A stretch of 64,000 nt of DNA from Chthonomonadales bacterium (GTDB taxonomy: Bacteria; Armatimonadota; Chthonomonadetes; Chthonomonadales; CAJBBX01), in the NCBI GenBank assembly GCA_020849275.1, contig JADLGO010000064.1:6289-70288 (forward strand). Reading direction: 5' to 3'. The notes beneath the pieces were generated by a model. That model worked only from the letters and a program-made list of their open reading frames with translations, had not been told where the DNA came from and searched no databases. Positions 50,296-61,640 of the stretch are shown here, piece by piece (the first letter of the stretch is position 1; every line of letters starts with the position of its first letter). The position numbers and the translations under genes were made by a program.

Positions 50296-51738
50296 TTACA
50301 CCCCGATGCACGAACGGATGAGGGCGATGAGCGGCGACGGGTAGACGCCCAGCCACACCAGCAGCAACGCGAGCGCCGCCAGCGCGATGGCGCCGGGCAT
50401 CGCCATCGCCGGCGCGGGAGGTCGAGCATCGAGGGCCTGCTCCGGGTCGCTGTAGACCGCAACCACGATGCGCAGGTAGTAGAACAGGCCGATGACGCTC
50501 GTCACCACCAGCACCAGAATGAGCCACCACAGCGCCACGCCCGCCCCGGACGCGACCAGGTAGAACTTGCCGATGAACCCGGCCGTCAGCGGGATGCCGG
50601 CGAGCGAGAGCAGCATCCCGGTCAGGACCACGGCCAGCCACGGCCGGCGCGCGAACAGGCCGCGGAGGTCCTCCATTCGGTCCGCGTCGCGCTCACCGTC
50701 CGACAGCACGGCGATCACCCCGAAGGCGCCGAGCATGGTGACGAAGTAGGCGGCCAGGTAGAAGGTGGCGGCCGTGATGGCCAGCGCCCCGCCGGCCAGC
50801 GGCGCAACCAGCAGGTAGCCGAGGTGCGCGACGGACGAGTAGGCCAGGATGCGCTTGACGTTGTCTTGCAGCAGCGCGAGCAGGTTCCCCATCACCATCG
50901 AGGCGACCGCCAGGATGGCGAACACGGTGAAGAGCGCCCCGTGACCCTCGTGGATTCCGATGCCCATGTAGAGGCGCAGGAGCACGGCGAACACGCTACC
51001 CTTGGAGACGGTCGCCACGAACGCGCCCGTCGGAGCCGGGGCGCCCTCGTAGACGTCGGGAATCCAGAGGTGGAACGGCGCCACCGCCAGCTTGTAGCCA
51101 ATACCGATCACCAGCATCCCGATGCCGGTCAGCAGCAGAAGCGCATCGGGGCCGGCGGCGCGGCCCACCGCGCTCGCCAGCGCCGCGATCTCCATCGTCC
51201 CCGCGGCGGCGTAGACCAGCGCCATGCCGAACAGGAGGAACGCCGCCGAGGCGGCGGCCAGCACCAGGTACTTCAGGCCCGCCTCCGCGCTGCGCCGGCT
51301 CGCGCGGGGAAAGGCGATCAGCGCGTACAGCGAGACGCTCAGCACCTCCAGGCTCAGGAAGAACGAGGCGAGATGCGCGCTCGCGGCAAGCCCGGCCGAG
51401 CCCAGCGTCGCCAGGAGCAGGAGCACGTAGAACTCCTCGCGTTGGCCCGCTTGGCGCTCGAGGTACGTCCAGGAGAGCGCTGCCACCAGCAGCGCCGCCG
51501 CCAGGATCAGGCCGATGTAGAGGAGGGCGAACCCGTCGAGGACGAAGAGCGGCGTGACCTGGCGGGCTCGCGCGCCGGCGGACACGGGCAGCATCGCGAA
51601 CGAGGCGGTCAGCCCGGCCAGCGTCAGCGACGCGGTCAGCACGTGGCTGCGGTGAAGCCCGATCGCCAGCAGCACCAACACGACGGCGCCGGCCAGCACC
51701 AGCAGCGGCAGTAGAGCGATGGCGGCCTGCCCGGTCAC
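50296..51738 (-). CDS. nuoN: NADH-quinone oxidoreductase subunit N
   Basis: Track ORF trimmed to the GTG at 51736-51738, overlapping the nuoM stop (GTGA). VTGQAAIALLPLLVLAG... resembles E. coli NuoN. Confidence 0.9.
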   Translation of the reverse strand: MTGQAAIALLPLLVLAGAVVLVLLAIGLHRSHVLTASLTLAGLTASFAMLPVSAGARARQVTPLFVLDGFALLYIGLILAAALLVAALSWTYLERQAGQREEFYVLLLLATLGSAGLAASAHLASFFLSLEVLSVSLYALIAFPRASRRSAEAGLKYLVLAAASAAFLLFGMALVYAAAGTMEIAALASAVGRAAGPDALLLLTGIGMLVIGIGYKLAVAPFHLWIPDVYEGAPAPTGAFVATVSKGSVFAVLLRLYMGIGIHEGHGALFTVFAILAVASMVMGNLLALLQDNVKRILAYSSVAHLGYLLVAPLAGGALAITAATFYLAAYFVTMLGAFGVIAVLSDGERDADRMEDLRGLFARRPWLAVVLTGMLLSLAGIPLTAGFIGKFYLVASGAGVALWWLILVLVVTSVIGLFYYLRIVVAVYSDPEQALDARPPAPAMAMPGAIALAALALLLVWLGVYPSPLIALIRSCIGV

Positions 51739-53273
51739 CGGGAATCCCCCGAGCGCGCGGCCGGCGCCGCGCGCGCCACGGCCGGCGTGGATGGGCTGCC
51801 CGCGACCCGGCGCAGGCCGCCGATCGACTGCCGAAAGGTGTCCATGACGGGTTGAGGGTAGAGCCCCAGCCACAGGATCACCACCGTCAGCGCCGCGATC
51901 ACCGCCACCTCGCGAGCGTTGAGGTCCGGCACGCGCCAGTCGTGGTCGTTGGGGCCCTGGAAGACACGTTGCACCATCCAGAGCGCGTAGACCGTCGAGG
52001 TGATCAGGCCGAGCGAGGCGATGATGGCCGCTGGCGGACTGACCTGGTAGGTCCCCAGCAGCACCAGGAACTCACCGAGGAAGTTGCCCAGGCCCGGCAG
52101 CCCCATGGAGGCCAGCGCGAAGAGCATCGTGGCGGCGCCCATGCGCGGCGCGGTCTGCCAGAGGCCCTGCATTCGGCCCATGTCGCGCGTGTGCGTGCGC
52201 TCCTGGAGCGCGCCCACCAGAATGAAGAGGGCGCCCGTGCTGACGCCGTGGCAGAGGATCTGCAGCATCACGCCTTGCAGCGCCAACTCGTTGCCGACGA
52301 AGGCGCCGAGAAGGACGAACCCCATGTGGCTCACGCTCGTGTAGGCCACCAGGCGTTTGAGGTCGGTCTGTCCGAAGGCCAGCAGCGCGCCATACAGGAC
52401 GCTCGCGACGCCGAGGGCCATCGCCACCGGCGCCCACCACGCGGCCGCCGTGGGGAAGAGCGGGATGGCGAAGCGCAGCAGCCCATAGGCCCCCGTCTTC
52501 AGCATGAGGCCGGCCAGCACCACGCTGCCCGCCGTCGGCGCCTCCGTGTGGGCGTCAGGCAGCCACGTGTGCACGGGCACCGCGGGCAGCTTGACGGCGA
52601 ACGCCGCGAAGAAACCCAGCATTAGCCAGACGGCCAGGGTGGGCGACATGCGCGTGCCCATCAGCTCGGCCAGCTCGAACGTGTAGATGCCGGTCTGGCT
52701 CGCGTGCGCAAAGTAGAGCCCCAGGATGGCGACCAGCATGAGCAGGCCGCTCAACTGGGTGAACAGGAAGAACTTGGCGGCCGCGTACACCCGGCGCTCG
52801 TGCCCCCAGATCGCGATCAGAAGGTACATGGGGACGAGCATCATCTCCCAGAAGAAGTAGAACAGGAACAGGTCCTGCGCCAGGAACACGCCGGTGACCC
52901 CGGCCAGCACCCACAGCAGGTTGAAGTGGAAGAAGCCGACCCGCTCGCGGATGTCCGTCCACGAGGCCGCCACCGACAGGACGCCCAGGAAGCCCGTGAG
53001 GAGCACCAGGAGCAGACTCAGGCCGTCGATCGCCAGGTGGAAGCGGATGCCGAGGTCGGGGATCCACGGCGCGTTCAGCGCCGCCATCCAGTCCGCGCGA
53101 TCGGCGAGCACCGGCTGCCCGGCGTGCCCCGCCCACAGCGCCAGCGCGAGCAGCAGCTCGGCGGCCGTCGCCGCGAGCGCGATCCAGCGCGACCAGGTCG
53201 AGCTCCAGCGGCCCGCGATCCAGGCCAGGATGCCGCCCACTGTCGGGGCGACCAGCAGCCATACCAGCATCAT
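51735..53273 (-). CDS. nuoM: NADH-quinone oxidoreductase subunit M
   Basis: Trimmed to the ATG at 53271-53273 (ATGA overlap with nuoL). MMLVWLLVAP...IRFHLAIDGLSLLLVLLTGFLGVL...FLFYFFWEMMLVPMYLLIAIWGH, close to E. coli NuoM. Confidence 0.95.
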   Translation of the reverse strand: MMLVWLLVAPTVGGILAWIAGRWSSTWSRWIALAATAAELLLALALWAGHAGQPVLADRADWMAALNAPWIPDLGIRFHLAIDGLSLLLVLLTGFLGVLSVAASWTDIRERVGFFHFNLLWVLAGVTGVFLAQDLFLFYFFWEMMLVPMYLLIAIWGHERRVYAAAKFFLFTQLSGLLMLVAILGLYFAHASQTGIYTFELAELMGTRMSPTLAVWLMLGFFAAFAVKLPAVPVHTWLPDAHTEAPTAGSVVLAGLMLKTGAYGLLRFAIPLFPTAAAWWAPVAMALGVASVLYGALLAFGQTDLKRLVAYTSVSHMGFVLLGAFVGNELALQGVMLQILCHGVSTGALFILVGALQERTHTRDMGRMQGLWQTAPRMGAATMLFALASMGLPGLGNFLGEFLVLLGTYQVSPPAAIIASLGLITSTVYALWMVQRVFQGPNDHDWRVPDLNAREVAVIAALTVVILWLGLYPQPVMDTFRQSIGGLRRVAGSPSTPAVARAAPAARSGDSR

Positions 53274-55177
53274 GAGAGCACCACGATGGCAATGATAACG
53301 ATGGCGCCGAACGCGACCGCGGCCGCGTACCAGCGCACGCTCCCTGTCTCCGTGCGGCGCAGCAGCCGCCAGAGTGCCTGGTTCGCCCAGGCGATGCCTG
53401 CGTAGGGCAGGTCCACCACATCGCCTCGGTTGGCCCGCGCCAGCCACATGTACGGCCACACGATCAACCGGTCGTAGAGCCAGTCGAACCCCCAGCCGGC
53501 GAACCAGAACCGGTGCAGGGCTGCGCCCGCCGGCGTGCGCGCGGCCGCCTCCACCCGGCGCGGCGCGCGCAGCCACAGCGCATATGCCAGTCCGATGCCG
53601 GCGATGCACACGATGGCGGCGATCACCTCGAACGCCCACTCCTGGCCAGCCGCCTCGGGTCGAACACCGGCGGCCGGCAGCGCCGAGCGCAGCAGTCCGG
53701 AGAAGAACGGCTTGTCGCCCAACGGCTCGGGTATCTCAACGAACCCGCCGACCACGGAGAGGATGCCCAGAACGATGAGCGGCGCGAGGATGCTCGCCCC
53801 GGACCCGCGGATGGGCAGGGCGCGCTGCGTGGCCTCCCGAGGGGCGCCAAAGAAGGTCATGAACACCATGCGAAACGTGTAGAGCGAGGTAAGAAACGCT
53901 CCGGCGATCCCGGCGGCCCACAGGACGGGCCCTCCGATGGGCGAGGACCAGGCGCGCCAGAGAATCAGGTCCTTGCTGTAGAAGCCGGCCGTGACCAGCG
54001 GCAGCGCGGCCAGCGAGCAGGCCCCGGCCAGAAACGTCCAGAACACCACCGGCAGCTCGGCGCGCAGGCCGCCCATCTTGCGCATGTCGTGCTCATGGCG
54101 CACCGCAAGAATGACCGCCCCCGCGGCCAGGAAGAGCAGCGCCTTGAAGAAGGCGTGGGTCATGAAGTGGAAGATGGCCGCCGACCAGGCGCCCACTCCC
54201 AGCGCCAGGAACATGTAGCCGATCTGGCTGACGGTGGAGTAGGCCAGCACGCGCTTGATGTCGTACTGCGTGAGCGCGCTGAAGCCGGCCAGCAGCAGCG
54301 TGGCGGCGCCGATCACGGCCACGGCGAGCTGCACGGGCGGCGCCAGGGCGAAGAGGACGTGCGTCCGGGCGATGAGATAGACGCCGGCCGTGACCATGGT
54401 CGCGGCGTGGATCAGCGCGGAGACCGGCGTCGGCCCGGCCATCGCGTCCGGCAGCCAGGTCTGCAGCGGGAGCTGCGCCGACTTCCCGACGGCGCCCCCC
54501 AGCAGCAGGGCCGCCGCCGCCACGGGCAGGGCCGAGCCCATTGGCCAGTCCGCCGCCGCGCGGTGCATCAGCTCCTGGATGTGCAGCGTGCCCAGGTGGG
54601 TGAGCAGCAGGAACAGCCCGATGGCCATGGCCGTGTCGCCCACGCGCGTCACCACGAACGCCTTGCGCGCCGCGTAGCCGTTGGCCGGATCGCGGTGCCA
54701 GAAGCCGATCAGAAGGTAGCTGCAAAGGCCCACCCCCTCCCAGCCCAGGTACAGCAGGAGCAGGTTGTCGGCAAGAACCAGAGTCAGCATCGATCCCACA
54801 AAGAGGTTCATGTAGGCGAAGAAGCGCGCGTACCCGTCCTCGTCGTACATGAACCCGGCCGAATAGACGTGGATCAGCAACCCGACGAAGCACACGACCA
54901 GCGCCATGATCAGCGACAGGGAGTCCAGGTAGAAGGCGATGCCTGGCGCGAAGCCGCCGACCCGGAACCAGGTCCAGAGCGTCTCGGTGTAGGCGCCGCC
55001 GGGCGGCGGGTGCGCCAGGTAGCGGATGGTGATCAGAATGGCCAGGAGGGTCGAGACGCCGACGGCGCCCGACCCGACGACGGCCGGGATGGGCCGCCGC
55101 CAGCGGCTCCCGAAGAGCGCCAGCGCCGCACAGCTCACGAACGGTAGAACCGGTATCAGCCAGAGCAGCGAAAGCAC
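53270..55177 (-). CDS. nuoL: NADH-quinone oxidoreductase subunit L
   Basis: GTG start. LLLLYLGWEGVGLCSYLLIGFW, typical NuoL. Confidence 0.95.
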   Translation of the reverse strand: MLSLLWLIPVLPFVSCAALALFGSRWRRPIPAVVGSGAVGVSTLLAILITIRYLAHPPPGGAYTETLWTWFRVGGFAPGIAFYLDSLSLIMALVVCFVGLLIHVYSAGFMYDEDGYARFFAYMNLFVGSMLTLVLADNLLLLYLGWEGVGLCSYLLIGFWHRDPANGYAARKAFVVTRVGDTAMAIGLFLLLTHLGTLHIQELMHRAAADWPMGSALPVAAAALLLGGAVGKSAQLPLQTWLPDAMAGPTPVSALIHAATMVTAGVYLIARTHVLFALAPPVQLAVAVIGAATLLLAGFSALTQYDIKRVLAYSTVSQIGYMFLALGVGAWSAAIFHFMTHAFFKALLFLAAGAVILAVRHEHDMRKMGGLRAELPVVFWTFLAGACSLAALPLVTAGFYSKDLILWRAWSSPIGGPVLWAAGIAGAFLTSLYTFRMVFMTFFGAPREATQRALPIRGSGASILAPLIVLGILSVVGGFVEIPEPLGDKPFFSGLLRSALPAAGVRPEAAGQEWAFEVIAAIVCIAGIGLAYALWLRAPRRVEAAARTPAGAALHRFWFAGWGFDWLYDRLIVWPYMWLARANRGDVVDLPYAGIAWANQALWRLLRRTETGSVRWYAAAVAFGAIVIIAIVVLS

Positions 55178-55178
55178 A

Positions 55179-55487
55179 TCACCCTCGCATCTCGCTCGCC
55201 GCGTCGACGTCGATGGTGCCGAAGCGCTGGTAGACCAGCAGCACCAGCGCCAGGCCCACGCAGACCTCGGCCGCCGCCATGGCCAGGATGAAGAGGAACA
55301 TCACCTGGCCGTCGGGCTCGCCCCAGCGCGCGCCGGCGACGATGAAGGCCAGGCCGGCGGCGTTGAGCATCACCTCGATCGCCATCAGCACGAACAGCAC
55401 GTTGCGCCGCACCAGCACGCCGAGCAGCCCCAGTCCGAACAGCACCCCCGCCAGGATCAGCCCCGCTTCCATCGGCACCGTGGCCAT
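55179..55487 (-). CDS. nuoK: NADH-quinone oxidoreductase subunit K
   Basis: 102 aa, three TM helices. [22 protein letters not shown]...[12 protein letters not shown]. Confidence 0.95.
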   Translation of the reverse strand: MATVPMEAGLILAGVLFGLGLLGVLVRRNVLFVLMAIEVMLNAAGLAFIVAGARWGEPDGQVMFLFILAMAAAEVCVGLALVLLVYQRFGTIDVDAASEMRG

Positions 55488-55497
55488 CGTGCTCCCC

Positions 55498-56064
55498 CTA
55501 CGCGTCGCGTTCCGTCACCACCCGCTCGCGCGCCCCCTCGCCGTGCCCGGCGACCGGGCCGCCGATCGGGTCCGGCTGCTCGCGCCGGCCGAGGTGGTAG
55601 GCCCCGACGAGGCCCGCCAGCAGGAGCATCGAGGCGAGCTCGACGCCCAGCATGTAGGGACCGTAGAGCGCGATCCCCACCTCCCTGGGCCCGACGATGC
55701 GCCCTCCACCGGCCGGGACGGCCCCGCGGAGGGCCACGTACACAAGCTCGGCGATCAGGACAGCCGCCAGCACGCACGGCCCGACCCACGTCGTCGGCTT
55801 GAGCCACTCCGCCTCCTGCCGGGCCGTGCGGGGCCCCAGGTTCAGCAGCATGACGACGAAGACGAACAGCACCATGATCGCCCCGGCGTAGATGATGATC
55901 TCCAGCGCCGCCGCGAACGGCGCGCCCAGCGCGTAGAAGACGACCGCCACCGCCAGCAGCGACACGATCAGGTACAGCAGCGCGTGGACCGGACTGACCC
56001 GCGTGATCACCAGGACGGTGGAGAGCACGGCGACGGCCGCCGCCACATAGAAGACGACGTTCAT
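55498..56064 (-). CDS. nuoJ: NADH-quinone oxidoreductase subunit J
   Basis: [50 protein letters not shown]. Confidence 0.9.
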   Translation of the reverse strand: MNVVFYVAAAVAVLSTVLVITRVSPVHALLYLIVSLLAVAVVFYALGAPFAAALEIIIYAGAIMVLFVFVVMLLNLGPRTARQEAEWLKPTTWVGPCVLAAVLIAELVYVALRGAVPAGGGRIVGPREVGIALYGPYMLGVELASMLLLAGLVGAYHLGRREQPDPIGGPVAGHGEGARERVVTERDA

Positions 56065-56074
56065 GGCTTCGCTC

Positions 56075-56590
56075 CTACGGCAGCGCGCGGCGCAGGTCGG
56101 TCGGCGGCTCCTCGTTCTCGGCCTCGCCCTTGTCCTTGCCGCCGATCTTGAGCCCCGCCACCCGGTAGAAGTTGTATCCGGGGTACTTCCCCACCCCGCT
56201 GATCAACAGGTCTTCCTTCTCGTAGACCAGGTTCTGCCGGCGGTACTCACTCATCTCGAAGTCGGGAGTGAGCTGGATGGCGTAGGTCGGGCATGCGTCC
56301 TCGCAGAAGCCGCAGAAGATGCAGCGCGAGAAGTTGATCCGGAACCACTCCGGGTAGCGCCGGCCGGTCTCGTCCTCGGTCGCCTGCAACGCGATGCACT
56401 CCACCGGGCAGACGGCCGAGCACAGATGGCACGCCACGCACCGCTCGCCGCCGTCCGGGTCGCGCGAGAGGATGATGCGGCCGCGCCAGCGCGGCGGCAC
56501 ATACGCCTTCTGCTCCGGGTATTGCACGGTGGCGCGCTTGCGGAACGTGTGCCGCAGCACGTCGCCCATCGCTCTCAGCAGGCTCAGCAT
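56075..56590 (-). CDS. nuoI: NADH-quinone oxidoreductase subunit I (2x[4Fe-4S])
   Basis: Trimmed from the TTG (56596) to the ATG at 56588-56590, with GGAGGAGGG 6 nt upstream. [12 protein letters not shown] and [12 protein letters not shown]. Confidence 0.95.
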   Translation of the reverse strand: MLSLLRAMGDVLRHTFRKRATVQYPEQKAYVPPRWRGRIILSRDPDGGERCVACHLCSAVCPVECIALQATEDETGRRYPEWFRINFSRCIFCGFCEDACPTYAIQLTPDFEMSEYRRQNLVYEKEDLLISGVGKYPGYNFYRVAGLKIGGKDKGEAENEEPPTDLRRALP

Positions 56591-56636
56591 GTGCAACCCT
56601 CCTCCGGCCGCGCCCGGCGCCGCCGGGCCGACCGGC

Positions 56637-57593
56637 TCACCCGCGCAGCGCCAGCACGACCGCGCCCGTGACCACCAGGTTCGCCAGCGAGACAGGCAAC
56701 ATGACCTTCCAGCCGAAGGACATGAGCCGATCGTAGCGCGGGCGCGGCAGGGACGCCCGCAGCAGGATGAAGAAGCAGAGGAAGGCGAAGGTCTTCAGGA
56801 TGAACCAGACGATCGGCGGCAGGCCCGGCCCCAGCCAGCCGCCGAAGAACAGCGCGGCGATCATCGCCGAGATGAGCGTGATGCCCAGGTACTCGCCGAC
56901 GAAGAACATGCCGAACTTCATGCCCGAGTACTCGGTGTGGAAGCCGGCGACCAGCTCACTCTCCGCCTCCGGCAGGTCGAACGGCAGCCTTCGCGTCTCC
57001 GCGATGCCTGCGATCAGGAAGACCACGAAGCCGAAGAACTGGGGGATGCAGAACCACAGGCCCTGCTGCGCCAGGACGATCTCGCGGATGCTGAACGAGC
57101 CCGCGATGGCCACCACGCCCATCAGCGACAGGCCCATGAACACCTCGTAGCTGAGCATCTGAGCGACCGCGCGCAGAGCGCCGAGCAGCGAGTACTTGCT
57201 GTCGGAGGCCCACCCAGCCAGCACGATGCTGTAGACGCCCAGGGACGACATTCCCAGGAAGAAGAGCAGCCCGATGCTCAGGTCGGCGATCTGGATGCCT
57301 GGGGCAAACGGAACTACCGCGAAAGCCATCAGGACGGTGACCATGACGATGGCTGGCGCCAGCACGAAGACGGCCCGGTCGGCGAATGGCGGCGTCCAAT
57401 CCTCTTTGGCGAACAGCTTGAGCGCGTCGGCGAGCGGCTGGAGCAGGCCGAACGGCCCGACGCGGTTGGGCCCGTAGCGGTCCTGCCAGACGGCGAGCAG
57501 GCGTCGCTCCAACCAGATCATGCCGGCCGCGACGGTGAGTGTCGCAAAGAGCACGCACACCAGGGTGACGACCGATCGGAGGGGCTCGCTCAT
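56637..57593 (-). CDS. nuoH: NADH-quinone oxidoreductase subunit H
   Basis: Track ORF 56637..59564 trimmed to the ATG at 57591-57593 (ATGA overlap with nuoG). [35 protein letters not shown]. Confidence 0.95.
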   Translation of the reverse strand: MSEPLRSVVTLVCVLFATLTVAAGMIWLERRLLAVWQDRYGPNRVGPFGLLQPLADALKLFAKEDWTPPFADRAVFVLAPAIVMVTVLMAFAVVPFAPGIQIADLSIGLLFFLGMSSLGVYSIVLAGWASDSKYSLLGALRAVAQMLSYEVFMGLSLMGVVAIAGSFSIREIVLAQQGLWFCIPQFFGFVVFLIAGIAETRRLPFDLPEAESELVAGFHTEYSGMKFGMFFVGEYLGITLISAMIAALFFGGWLGPGLPPIVWFILKTFAFLCFFILLRASLPRPRYDRLMSFGWKVMLPVSLANLVVTGAVVLALRG

Positions 57594-60349
57594 GCCGCTC
57601 CCTCCGGCGCTTCGGAAGGCGCGGGCGCCGCGGGAGGCGCTAGCGCCAGTCGGGCGCGCGCAGGGAGCGAGGGCATCGGCAGGCTGGCTAGCCCGACGGG
57701 CAGAGCGGCCACGCCCGGCGGCAGGCCGGGACGGATGCGCGCGGGCAGCCGGAGCCTGCGGTCGCCGATCGTCACATCGATCCCGTCGTCCTCGCCGGCG
57801 CCCAGCCGCGCGGCGTCGGCGGGCGCCAGGCCCACGTAGGGGGCAGGCGCGCGCTCCGCGACGCCGGGCGCGAGCACGCTTAGCTCCTCCGAGCCGAACA
57901 CATGGTGGGCGGGCGTCAGCAGCCACTCGTCCGCCGTGGGAGTGAAGGCGGCGGGCGGCTGGGCGTAGTAGGTGGGAGCGGCCCCGACGGCGGGCTCGAT
58001 CAGCCGGATGCCCGGATCGCCACCGCGCAGAGGGCCCGCCACCTCCTCCTGGAACCGGTTGAGCGCCTGGATCGAGTTCCAGCCGGGCGCCCAGAACCGG
58101 GGGATCAGCGGGGCGGGCGGCTCGCCGTGGTAGCCCTCCATGGTGAACGCCAGCGGGGAGTCCGGGTCGTCGGGTGGGCGCGGCTCGTGGACGCTGACGG
58201 CGGCATGGATCGCCGTCCGGCCGCTCCAGCGGCCGTGCTGGCGGGCGACCTTCTGCCCGGCGATGCGGAAGTCGGCGGGAGGGGCCACGCTCACCGCCGC
58301 GGCGAGCGCGGGCAGCTCCCGGGCCATCGCGGCGACGACCTCGTCCAGGTCCTGCCATCCGCCTACCCCTCCGATGTCCGCCGCCGCGGCCACGTCGCGC
58401 AGCCAGCGCCAGCTCTCCCGCACGTCGCCGCCCGGAGTCAGCGCCTGGTAGAACCTCTGCAACCGCCCCTCGCTGTTCACCAGGTCGCCGTCCGCCTCGG
58501 CGAAGGTCGCGGCGGGCAGGAGCAGGTCGGCCCCGTTCGTGGTGGGGTTTCCCAGGTGGTCGAGTACGATGGTGCGCGCCGCGCCACCGAGGAGTGCGTC
58601 CGCCGCAGGGGCGTCCAACCGGCGGTGGAGGTCGTTCTCCAGCACGATCACCGTGTCGGCCCTGCCCTCGCGCGCGGCCTGGACGGCGAAGTCCAGCGAC
58701 GGCGCGCCCATCAGTCCCAGGCCCAGGCTGTTGCACTCCGGCGCCACGAAGGCGAGAGCCGCCGGCCGCCCGACCGCGCGGAGCGCCCACGCGACGTTGG
58801 CGGCGCCGCGCACGATCGGCTCGCTGGCGCAGCCGACGCCGGTGACGACCAGGGGCCGCTCGGCGGCCGCGAGCGCCCGCGCGATGCGCTCCGCCAGCTC
58901 GCGCAGCGGGCCCGGCAGGTCGGGCGGCGGCGGGGCCGCCGGGTCCAGAGTCGCGGCCGCCGCGAAAGCCAGACGCGCAATGTCGTCCGGAGCGGCCCGG
59001 TACGTCTGCGCGGCGAGGTCGTCCAGGCGGGTGGCGTCCGGCGTGGCGATGAAGAGCGGGCCGCGGGCGTCCTGGAGGGCCTCGCGCACGGCGTAGTCGT
59101 CCCAGTCGGGAATGCGCAGCTTGCTGGCGATCTCGCGGATGGGCTGCTGGCGCGCGGACTGCCGGAGCGCCAGGGCCAGAATGGGGGCCGTGTTGCTCAC
59201 GTCCTCGCCCAGCACGAGCGCCGCGTCGCATCGGCGGACGTCGGCGAGGGAGGGTGAGCGCGCCGGCCCACGCCCGAGGATGTCGAGCCCCAGCGCGGTC
59301 AGCCGCGCCTCCTCTTCCGACAGCCCGGAGTAGAAGCGCTCGGGCCCCACGAGTGCGCGCAGGGCGAAGTTCGCCTCCAGCGACGCGCGCGGCGAGCCGA
59401 TGCCGATGGCCCTTCCACGCTCGCCCAGAATGGCCGCCGCCGCCTTCAGCGCCTCCTCTCGGCTGACGGGCCGGGCCTCCGCGCCGCGAGCCGACCGTAG
59501 CAGGGGCGCGCGCACGCGCCGCTCGCTGTTGACGAACTCGTAGCCGTAGCGCCCGCGATCGCACAGGAAGTAGCTGTTCACCTGGCCGTTGTAGCGGTTG
59601 CGGATGCGGCGCAGGCTATCGTAGCGCTCGCCGGGGAGGGTGTTGCACCCCACGCCGCAGTGAACACAGACCGAGGGCGCGGTCTGCAGGTCCCACTTGC
59701 GGGTGTAGTGGCGCGCCAGGGTCTTGTCGTCGAAGACCCCGGTCGGGCATACCTCCACCAGGTTGCCGCTGAACTCGCTCTCCAGCGTGCCGTCCGCATG
59801 CCGCCCGAAGTAGACCAGCGCGCGGATGCCGAAGGCGTCGAAGTCGCGGCCGCCCGCGTAGTCGCGGTAGAAGCGCACGCATCGGTAGCACTGGATGCAG
59901 CGGTTCATCTCGTGGGTGATGAACGGCCCCAGGTTCTGGTTGCGGAAGGTGCGCTTGCGCCCGGTGAACCGCCGGTAGTCATGGCCGGTCATCACGGTCA
60001 TGTCCTGCAGGTGGCACTCGCTGCCCTCGTCACACACCGGGCAGTCGTGCGGGTGGCTCAGCATGAGCCACTCGATCACGCCGGCCCGGAACGCGCGCGC
60101 CTCCGGGTCCTCGATGGAGATGCGCGCTCCGTCGCTGGCCGGGGTCATGCAGGCCATGACCAGCCGGCCTTTCGTGTCTTGCTCGTCGTGGAACTGCTTG
60201 ACGGCGCACTGCCGACAGGCGCCCACGGAGCCCATCGCCGGGTGCCAACAGAAGTAGGGCAGGTTCAGGCCCAGGCTGAGGCAGGCGGCGAGCAGGTTTT
60301 GCCCCTCGGGCACCTCGAACGGGCGTCCATCTACGATGATGGCCGGCAT
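57590..60349 (-). CDS. nuoG: NADH-quinone oxidoreductase subunit G (long, E. coli type, 919 aa)
   Basis: N-terminal 2Fe-2S/4Fe-4S Cys clusters ([46 protein letters not shown]), then a molybdopterin-like domain. Confidence 0.95.
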   Translation of the reverse strand: MPAIIVDGRPFEVPEGQNLLAACLSLGLNLPYFCWHPAMGSVGACRQCAVKQFHDEQDTKGRLVMACMTPASDGARISIEDPEARAFRAGVIEWLMLSHPHDCPVCDEGSECHLQDMTVMTGHDYRRFTGRKRTFRNQNLGPFITHEMNRCIQCYRCVRFYRDYAGGRDFDAFGIRALVYFGRHADGTLESEFSGNLVEVCPTGVFDDKTLARHYTRKWDLQTAPSVCVHCGVGCNTLPGERYDSLRRIRNRYNGQVNSYFLCDRGRYGYEFVNSERRVRAPLLRSARGAEARPVSREEALKAAAAILGERGRAIGIGSPRASLEANFALRALVGPERFYSGLSEEEARLTALGLDILGRGPARSPSLADVRRCDAALVLGEDVSNTAPILALALRQSARQQPIREIASKLRIPDWDDYAVREALQDARGPLFIATPDATRLDDLAAQTYRAAPDDIARLAFAAAATLDPAAPPPPDLPGPLRELAERIARALAAAERPLVVTGVGCASEPIVRGAANVAWALRAVGRPAALAFVAPECNSLGLGLMGAPSLDFAVQAAREGRADTVIVLENDLHRRLDAPAADALLGGAARTIVLDHLGNPTTNGADLLLPAATFAEADGDLVNSEGRLQRFYQALTPGGDVRESWRWLRDVAAAADIGGVGGWQDLDEVVAAMARELPALAAAVSVAPPADFRIAGQKVARQHGRWSGRTAIHAAVSVHEPRPPDDPDSPLAFTMEGYHGEPPAPLIPRFWAPGWNSIQALNRFQEEVAGPLRGGDPGIRLIEPAVGAAPTYYAQPPAAFTPTADEWLLTPAHHVFGSEELSVLAPGVAERAPAPYVGLAPADAARLGAGEDDGIDVTIGDRRLRLPARIRPGLPPGVAALPVGLASLPMPSLPARARLALAPPAAPAPSEAPEGAA

Positions 60350-61636
60350 CTAGGGCGACCTCCACGGGCATCGGCGCTCCCGGATGTGGCGCTCGAAGTC
60401 CTCGCGGAAGAGCGTCAGCGCGCTCTGCAGCGGCTCCATGGCGCCGGGGGCCAGTGCACAGTAGGTATGGCCGGGCCCCAGCATCCCGGCGTGCGCCGCC
60501 AGGCGGTCCAGGTACTCCTCGCGGCCCCGGCCCTCCTCCATCTCGCTCAGCATCTGCTCGCACCAGCGCAGGCCGCCCCAGCAGGGCGTGCACCACCCGC
60601 ACGACTCCTGCGCGAAGAAGTGCGTCAGGTTCCGCGTCATCCCGACCGGGCACGAGCGGTCGTCCAGGATGATCATCGTCCCGGTACCCATCCGGCTGCC
60701 CACCTTCTGCACGGTGTCGAAGTCCATCGCCACGTCCAGGTGCTGCTCGCCGAGGAAGTCCGTCGAGGCGCCGCCGGGCAGGAGCCCGCGGAAGCGGTAG
60801 CCTTCCCGCATCCCGCCCGCGTGCTCCTCCAGGAGCTCGCGGATGGGGGTGCCCATGGGCAGCTCCCACAGCCCCGGCCGGCGCACCCGGCCGCTCGCGC
60901 CGTAGAGCTTGGTGCCTCCGTTGGGCGTGCGGCTGAGCCCCTTGAACCAGTCGGCGCCGTTGTTGACGATGTGCGGCACGCAGCAGAGCGTCTCCACGTT
61001 GTTAACGACGGTTGGCTTGCCCCAGAGGCCGCTCGTCTGCGGGTAGGGCGGCTTGGAGCGTGGGTTGGCGCGCTTGCCCTCCAGCGCGTTGAGCAGGCCG
61101 GTCTCCTCGCCGCACATGTAGCGGCCTGCGCTCACGTGCAGGTGCATGTCCAGGTCATAGCCGCTGCCCAGGATGTTGCGGCCCAGGTACCCGCGCTCGT
61201 ACGCCTCCGCGATGGCCTTCTCCAGCCGGCGCGCCGCCACTCTGTAGGCCCAGCGCAGGAAGATGTAGGCCACGCTCGCCTGCACCGCGTACGCCGCGAT
61301 GATCGCCCCCTCCACCATCTGGTGCGGGTCGCCTTCCAGCAGCAGCCGATCCTTGAAGGTGCCGGGCTCCATCTCGTCCGCGTTCACCACCAGGTATCTG
61401 GGCCGGGGCGCGTCCTCGCCCATCGGCACGAAGCTCCACTTCTGCCCGGTGGCGAAGCCCGCGCCGCCCCGTCCGCGCAGGGTCGAGCTCCTGACCTGCT
61501 GCGTCACCTCGGCGGGGGTCAGTGAGCCCAGCGCCTTGCGGAGGGCCTGGTACCCGCCTGCCTGCTCGTACCCGACGGCGTCGAGGGGCGGCCGGTCCGG
61601 GCGGATACGGCCGGTTAGCGGAGTCTCGCCTGGCAT
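60350..61636 (-). CDS. nuoF: NADH-quinone oxidoreductase subunit F
   Basis: LRGRGGAGFATGQKW, YMCGEETGLLNALEG, ESCGWCTPCWGG. Confidence 0.95.
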   Translation of the reverse strand: MPGETPLTGRIRPDRPPLDAVGYEQAGGYQALRKALGSLTPAEVTQQVRSSTLRGRGGAGFATGQKWSFVPMGEDAPRPRYLVVNADEMEPGTFKDRLLLEGDPHQMVEGAIIAAYAVQASVAYIFLRWAYRVAARRLEKAIAEAYERGYLGRNILGSGYDLDMHLHVSAGRYMCGEETGLLNALEGKRANPRSKPPYPQTSGLWGKPTVVNNVETLCCVPHIVNNGADWFKGLSRTPNGGTKLYGASGRVRRPGLWELPMGTPIRELLEEHAGGMREGYRFRGLLPGGASTDFLGEQHLDVAMDFDTVQKVGSRMGTGTMIILDDRSCPVGMTRNLTHFFAQESCGWCTPCWGGLRWCEQMLSEMEEGRGREEYLDRLAAHAGMLGPGHTYCALAPGAMEPLQSALTLFREDFERHIRERRCPWRSP

Positions 61637-61640
61637 CTAG

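Noticed and set aside
57594-59564. 5' extension of the nuoH track ORF (975 aa); likewise extensions at 29077-29964, 41035-41769, 36298-36657, 40770-41066 and 10900-11079
   Set aside because: The extensions overlap the upstream gene in another frame or are low-complexity. Internal ATG/GTG starts with SD sequences or 4-nt start/stop overlaps give N-termini that match family expectations or signal peptides.
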